A DNA stretch of 53,192 nucleotides from a bacterium. Its GTDB lineage: Bacteria; Patescibacteriota; Minisyncoccia; Moranbacterales; UBA9337. The translations under genes and the position numbers were made by a program. A model generated the notes under the pieces. That model saw nothing but the letters and a program-made list of their open reading frames with translations, did no database searches and was not told the DNA's origin. The stretch lies in the NCBI GenBank assembly GCA_021159185.1, contig JAGGSH010000010.1, positions 1 to 53,192 on the forward strand, written 5' to 3'. Positions 48,164 through 53,192 of the stretch are shown one piece after another (positions within the stretch are counted from its first letter, which is position 1; every line of letters starts with the position of its first letter).

Positions 48164-50437
48164 CTAAAAATTTTGATAATTTACAATCATTTCCTTTATG
48201 ACACCCGCCAATTTTTCCGCCATCTCTTTAACATCAATATCAGCCAGGCTGTTAGGATAAAATTCCTTCACATGCCTCGTTCCACTGCCGATTCCAAGAC
48301 CGATGAGTTTTTGGTCTGTTTCCTGCATTATCCTATTTACTATTCTGCCCAAGTCAAATTCCGGTCCGCTATGAGCGGAAGATTCCTCTGGCAGTCCGTC
48401 CGAAAGAACTATAGCGAATTTCTCGTTTGCCCGCTGTTTTGCCAGCCTTTTTGAAGTCTCCTGAAGCGCCCAGCCGTCATCATTATAATCCGCTCTTCCG
48501 CCCTGATGATTATTGACTTCTTTTAATACTCCGCCCATATTTTCCCTGATTTCCCGCGACAGATTTTCCCCGAATGTCTGGTATTCATAAAGCCTATCGT
48601 TAAAACCAAGAATTTCTGTTTTTATAGAAAGTTTGTTTAATACTTCCGCCAAAACAATCAATGCTTTGAATGTTTCTCTTATCTTCCGCCCCGACATAGA
48701 ACCGGACAAATCCACTAAAATGGAAATGGCATAGTCTTTTTCCGTTGGCAGTTCCCGCTTCTGCCAAGCCTTGCTTTCCACGACGGAAACGCCTTTGGCC
48801 TTTTCCTGAATTCTGGTTTTAATGTTTATTTTTTTACCGGTCCTGAATCCGCTTTTCCATCGGCTGGCGCGCCTTGCCACGAAAATTTCCCGCAAATCAT
48901 TTTCCAGCTTCTCAATTATCGGCAAAACTTCTTTTCGGTATTCCTCATAGACATTGGCGTCTTTCTCTAATGATTTTTCCAAAATATCTTTGTATTTTTG
49001 CAAATCGCTCTGCCGTTGCTTTTCTCTTTCTTTGTCCAAGTCGGTTTCTGACTTTTCTTCTTCCGGCTTTTCTATTTCTTCTTTTGTTTTTTCACCATCA
49101 ATTCTTTCTTGTTTTTTTTCCAGATTATCAGAAAGCTTTCCCTCAATCTCTTCATTGATTTCTTTTTCCAGTCCCTTGATTTCTTTTTCCGCATTATCTT
49201 GAAGCTCTTTCTTTTTATCGGCTGGCAAAGAATCTATATAGCCCTTAATTTTTTGCTTGAGCCCTTCCGAAAGAGAATCCAAATCAATCGGCCTGCCTTT
49301 TGGCTCGCCTTCCCGTGGTTTCTTCTCGATCATTTCTCCCGCTTGCGATTCACTTTCTTTTTCTTTTTCTTTTTCTTCTTTTCCTTTTTCGCCCTTTTGC
49401 TTTTCTTGCCTGTCCGCTGTAGCTTTAGCGGAGGCGGATTCTTTTTTTGCCTCTTCAATAGCTTTGTCAATCGCTTCTTCCAGCTCTTTTTGTTCTTCCG
49501 GAGTTGAATTATCTTTTAATTCTTGGGGTATCGGCTGTCCTTGCCCTTCTCCCTGTCCTTTCTGCATATCTTTCATTAGCTCCTGCATCTCTTGGTCTTT
49601 CATATCTTCCTCAACTAATTTTTTAAACTCAGGCCATATTTCATCCCTGTTTATTTCATAAGAAACCTGGGCGTATTTTCGGATAAGTTCTTCGCTTTCA
49701 TCAGCTTCTTTTTTAGATGGGTAACGCCACCAGGAATCTTTAGCCGATTCCAGCGTTTCCTTAACTGTTTTCCTGACATCTTCCGGCAGATCCGCGTTGA
49801 TTACATTTTCTTCCCCTTGTGTCTCTTTATACCACTGCTTGATATATTCAAAGCCGGCTTGCATAAATTTCGGCTGATAGCCCAGCTTTTTCTCTGCTTT
49901 TTCTTTGGCTTTTTGCTCAGTATCCAAATCGCGCCGGTAGGCCAGCTTCATTTGTTCTTTGAATTTGGGATAATTTTCCGCCACGAAATTATTGTCCCTC
50001 GGGTCTTCAATAGCGTTCATCATAAAAGAAAAGCCTGCCTGTTTCCAAATCTCCAACGGAATAAAGTCGGTCCGGGAGATTCTTCTGTGCCCTCCTTCAT
50101 GAGAAATGACAAAGCGAAGATAGTCCATAGGTTTTTCCAGCAGGTCTTTCGGGTCAATTCTGATTTTATTTGCTTTAAAATCCCAGTGCCAGCCAGCCCC
50201 GGGCTTATTAAGCTCTACGGGAATTTCAAAATCTTTTCCAATAAAATATGCCAGCGAAGACAGTACTTTTTGTTTGTATTTTATTTCTTTCTGCTCTTTT
50301 TTTGAAAATGAAGAAAGAATATCTTTTTCAAGATTCTTTTCTGATTTTTCATCTTTCCTCAAGGATTCAAATTGTCGGCTAGCTATTTTCATTTTTTCCA
50401 TATCTACAATATATAGCAAAGTAGAATAAAAATCCAC
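48164..50437 (-). CDS. vWA/MIDAS-domain protein (CobT/NorD-like MoxR partner)
   Basis: HEGGH and NAIEDPR in the N-terminal domain, E/K-rich linker, ILVDLSGSM MIDAS, IVLSDG. Confidence 0.88.
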   Translation of the reverse strand: MDFYSTLLYIVDMEKMKIASRQFESLRKDEKSEKNLEKDILSSFSKKEQKEIKYKQKVLSSLAYFIGKDFEIPVELNKPGAGWHWDFKANKIRIDPKDLLEKPMDYLRFVISHEGGHRRISRTDFIPLEIWKQAGFSFMMNAIEDPRDNNFVAENYPKFKEQMKLAYRRDLDTEQKAKEKAEKKLGYQPKFMQAGFEYIKQWYKETQGEENVINADLPEDVRKTVKETLESAKDSWWRYPSKKEADESEELIRKYAQVSYEINRDEIWPEFKKLVEEDMKDQEMQELMKDMQKGQGEGQGQPIPQELKDNSTPEEQKELEEAIDKAIEEAKKESASAKATADRQEKQKGEKGKEEKEKEKESESQAGEMIEKKPREGEPKGRPIDLDSLSEGLKQKIKGYIDSLPADKKKELQDNAEKEIKGLEKEINEEIEGKLSDNLEKKQERIDGEKTKEEIEKPEEEKSETDLDKEREKQRQSDLQKYKDILEKSLEKDANVYEEYRKEVLPIIEKLENDLREIFVARRASRWKSGFRTGKKINIKTRIQEKAKGVSVVESKAWQKRELPTEKDYAISILVDLSGSMSGRKIRETFKALIVLAEVLNKLSIKTEILGFNDRLYEYQTFGENLSREIRENMGGVLKEVNNHQGGRADYNDDGWALQETSKRLAKQRANEKFAIVLSDGLPEESSAHSGPEFDLGRIVNRIMQETDQKLIGLGIGSGTRHVKEFYPNSLADIDVKEMAEKLAGVIKEMIVNYQNF

Positions 50438-50580
50438 TTCTTTATTCTTTAAAGTGACGCGGTTCAGATTAGAATTTAAGAAAGTTTAATTGCCGATTCG
50501 GGTTATTTATTGTATGATAAACAAAGATACATAGTCTCTCCCCCTTTTCAAGGGGGAGATTGAGAGGAGGTTTCTTATTT

Positions 50581-52752
50581 ATGCCCGGAAAAAAGACAAA
50601 AAAAATAACACCGCCAAAAAAAGAGCTGGGAAAAACGGTCTCGGAAATTTTGGTTGCCAATGAAAAAGATTTGCGTCCCTACATTGAAATTCTGAATTTC
50701 ACTCCGGAAAACATCATCCAGTCCCAAATGGGCAGCTTGTTGGCGGTTTTTGAAATAAAAAGCGATGATGAAAGTTCGGCTTACATCGTAAATTTTTTGT
50801 CTTCCGTAGCAAAAAAAGAATATTTTGCCAACCCTAAAAAAACTTCGGAAGAGAGTTTTGAATCAGCCTTGAATAAAATAAATTTGGCGCTTTCCGAAAT
50901 CGCCAAACATGGAAACACCCAATGGCTGGGAAAAACCGATATAGCCATTTGCGCCATAGAAAAAAACAATATCTACTTTAGCGTGACTGGGAGCGCTAAA
51001 ATTATTCTAGCCCGAAATGGTACGCTTACCGACATAACACAAGGCCTTGCTCCCAAAGGAGAGCCTTATCCGCTCAGGACATTTACCGATACTGCCGGCG
51101 GGAAATTGAAAGATGGAGATAAACTGATAATAACTACCGGCGATATTTTTCACATTCTTCCTTTATCTGAAATTGAAAAGAAAGCGTTTTCTTTTTCTAA
51201 AAAGAAGTTCGCGCAATTTTTAAAAACCGCTTTAATTAACGAGCTGGAAATTGCCGGAACTATAGTCGCGGATATTTATGAAAATTCCGTTTGCGAACCC
51301 AAGATGGCAATCAAAAAGAAAACACGAAAAGAAAAGCCATTGAAAGATTTTAACGCTTTCAGTGAAAAAACCTTTAAGGAAGCTTCTATTATCTCTCCGC
51401 CTTCCGGCAAGAAACTGATTGAAAAAGCGGAGCAAGAAAAAGAGCCTAAAAAGAAAGAGATAGCGCGGAAAGAATATACCGACAAAAAAACCGGGCATAT
51501 TTATGTCCGGGGAGGAAATGAACGGCAAGATTTTCAGAATAATTTAATTTCCCGATTTTCATGGCTTTTTTTGGCAAAAGAAAAAATAGCCGGCGTTTTT
51601 AATCAGGTAAAGAATGAGCTAAAAAACAAAGCTTATGGCAAAACTGATGAAATAATTTTAATTATCAAAGATTTTAAAAACTTTTTATGGAACAATTTTC
51701 TTCGCGTTAAAAATAATTTTCTGTCCGCCGAGAAAAAACCGACTATTCAAAAAATAGAAATAAATAAAAAATCGCGGACAAAACTGCTCCCGGATTTTTC
51801 TAAAATTAAAGAAATATTTTTACGAATGGATTATCAGCAAAAAGTTTACGCTTTTTTAATCTTAGCTGTTATAATAATTCTGCCCTTGATAATAATAAAG
51901 ATTGAAGATAAAACCGATTCGCCTTATCTGGCAAATAATCCGGCTATTCAAGAAAAAGTTTTTGACAATGAAAATTTGGTTAATGAAAAAAATATTGAGT
52001 TTGTTGAAATTTATTCGCTTTATTCCCATACGGATTTAATAGGGCAGGTCCTAACTAATGAAAAACTGCTAGCCGTCACCAAGCGAAAAATTATTGAAGT
52101 AAAAGAAAACCAAGAAACAAAAGAATTTCCGCTGCCGCCGAAGTTGGGTAATATTGTTTCGTTCGCTTTAATGAAAGATTTGAATTTGCTTTTTCTGCTT
52201 ACCGACAAGCAAAAAATCGTAAGCTTTAGCCCTCTTTCGCGAAAATTTAAAGAAAATAATATCCAGCTTCCTGAAAATTCCAAAGTTTCCGCCATAGCTA
52301 CTTATCTTACTTATATTTACCTGGCAGATTCCAAAAATAATCAAATTTATCGCTATCCCCGCGCGGAAGGAGGATTTGGAGAAAAAGCTGACTGGCTTAA
52401 GGAAAATTTTGATTTAAAAAATGTTTCCGATATGGCTATTGACGGAAATATTTATCTCACCGATGAAAATTCTATATTGAAATTTTCCGGCGGGAAAAAG
52501 CAGGAATTTAATTTTGAAGAATCAGCCACTCCCATAAATTTCCATAAAATCTTCACCGACAATAGAACAGAGCATATTTATATTTTGGATAGCCTTAATG
52601 GACGCGTGGTAAAATTCAGCCAAGATGGAAAAATAAATTCTCAATACAGCCATGCGAGCATAAAAGAAGCTAAAAGCTTTTTCGTGAACGAAAAAAGCGG
52701 CAAGGTTTATCTTACCACTAAAAAAAACGAATTAGCTTCTTTTGGTTTGTAA
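50581..52752 (+). CDS. Membrane protein with N-terminal PP2C-like fold and C-terminal beta-propeller (NHL-like)
   Basis: ESFESAL..IN, GKLKDGDKLIITT; one TM helix; YIYLAD..NQIYRY, MAIDGNIY, IYILDSLNGRVVKF repeats. Confidence 0.7.
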   Translation: MPGKKTKKITPPKKELGKTVSEILVANEKDLRPYIEILNFTPENIIQSQMGSLLAVFEIKSDDESSAYIVNFLSSVAKKEYFANPKKTSEESFESALNKINLALSEIAKHGNTQWLGKTDIAICAIEKNNIYFSVTGSAKIILARNGTLTDITQGLAPKGEPYPLRTFTDTAGGKLKDGDKLIITTGDIFHILPLSEIEKKAFSFSKKKFAQFLKTALINELEIAGTIVADIYENSVCEPKMAIKKKTRKEKPLKDFNAFSEKTFKEASIISPPSGKKLIEKAEQEKEPKKKEIARKEYTDKKTGHIYVRGGNERQDFQNNLISRFSWLFLAKEKIAGVFNQVKNELKNKAYGKTDEIILIIKDFKNFLWNNFLRVKNNFLSAEKKPTIQKIEINKKSRTKLLPDFSKIKEIFLRMDYQQKVYAFLILAVIIILPLIIIKIEDKTDSPYLANNPAIQEKVFDNENLVNEKNIEFVEIYSLYSHTDLIGQVLTNEKLLAVTKRKIIEVKENQETKEFPLPPKLGNIVSFALMKDLNLLFLLTDKQKIVSFSPLSRKFKENNIQLPENSKVSAIATYLTYIYLADSKNNQIYRYPRAEGGFGEKADWLKENFDLKNVSDMAIDGNIYLTDENSILKFSGGKKQEFNFEESATPINFHKIFTDNRTEHIYILDSLNGRVVKFSQDGKINSQYSHASIKEAKSFFVNEKSGKVYLTTKKNELASFGL

Positions 52753-52866
52753 TTCAGCCAATTTCTCTCTTTTTTTATCCAAGATAATGTCTGGATGTCC
52801 TTATGTGGTTATGAGGACATCTTGATTTTAATTGCAAAAAACAAAAAAACGGTGGAAAATATTTTA

Positions 52867-52894
52867 ATACTACCTTATGTAGTTGAATGATAGT
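52867..52894. repeat. 28-bp conserved imperfect hairpin, copy 4
   Basis: ATACTACCTTATGTAGTTGAATGATAGT (1 mismatch). Confidence 0.9.
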
Positions 52895-52900
52895 ATTAAG

Positions 52901-52954
52901 AAAACAAAAAAACGGCAAATACTTTAGCGATACATATCGCCGAAGTATTTGCCG
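52901..52954 (-). terminator. Intrinsic terminator
   Basis: CGGCAAATACTT...AAGTATTTGCCG stem followed by a T-run on the minus strand. Confidence 0.7.
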
Positions 52955-52970
52955 AAAAAAATAGAATGCA

Positions 52971-53135
52971 TCAGCGAACTGATAGTTTTAAATGCTTTTC
53001 CACTCTCACTAATCTTATCTCAAGTTTTTTAACATAATCCAAGTCAACTTTTTTTGTTAAAATATTCTTTAAACTTTCAATTTCACTTCTTATTGACAAA
53101 ACTTCCGCCTCAATTCTGTCAAGGCGATTATTCAT
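52971..53135 (-). CDS. Small coiled-coil protein (54 aa), possibly a gene remnant
   Basis: Manual translation MNNRLDRIEAEVLSIRSEIESLKNILTKKVDLDYVKKLEIRLVRVEKHLKLSVR*. Confidence 0.5.
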   Translation of the reverse strand: MNNRLDRIEAEVLSIRSEIESLKNILTKKVDLDYVKKLEIRLVRVEKHLKLSVR

Positions 53136-53192
53136 TCACTACATTCAAACATGAAAGCCCCTTTTTGATATACTAGAGCGTTAACTTTTAAA

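Noticed and set aside
1-53192. tRNA, rRNA, intact integrase/transposase or prophage genes
   Set aside because: None recognised by eye; a tRNAscan/Rfam run would be needed to exclude small RNAs formally

Overview
53-kb chromosomal window from a low-GC bacterium using the standard genetic code. The gene set suggests Patescibacteria/CPR (Parcubacteria-like; inferred). The backbone is housekeeping and envelope genes: VirD4/HerA-like ATPase with a pilin-like neighbour, two ArnT/PMT-type glycosyltransferases, ftsQ, holB, GT4s, mreB, secA, pheST, tyrS, secDF, prfA-prmC, an MraY/WecA-type transferase and a GT2. The most striking feature is a decayed diversity-generating retroelement (DGR) at about 43.9-50.4 kb. 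It contains a vWA/MIDAS gene, two paralogous genes ending in DGR-type variable regions (one fused to a MoxR/AAA_5 ATPase, one pseudogenised), a frameshifted GIY-YIG gene, and a reverse-transcriptase fragment that is not in the ORF track. No template repeat is visible. The window is also dense in small repeat systems: two REPIN-like palindrome families, a conserved 28-bp hairpin separating single accessory genes, a second hairpin family centred on CGA(T/C)CG, 7-8-bp tandem arrays, and GC-rich palindromes inserted in frame in conserved genes. Other notes are an inverted-repeat-bounded GxxExxY cassette with an apparent empty copy, a displaced second tyrS 3' end, and SecD carrying a circularly permuted parvulin domain. 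No rRNA, tRNA or CRISPR array was recognised.
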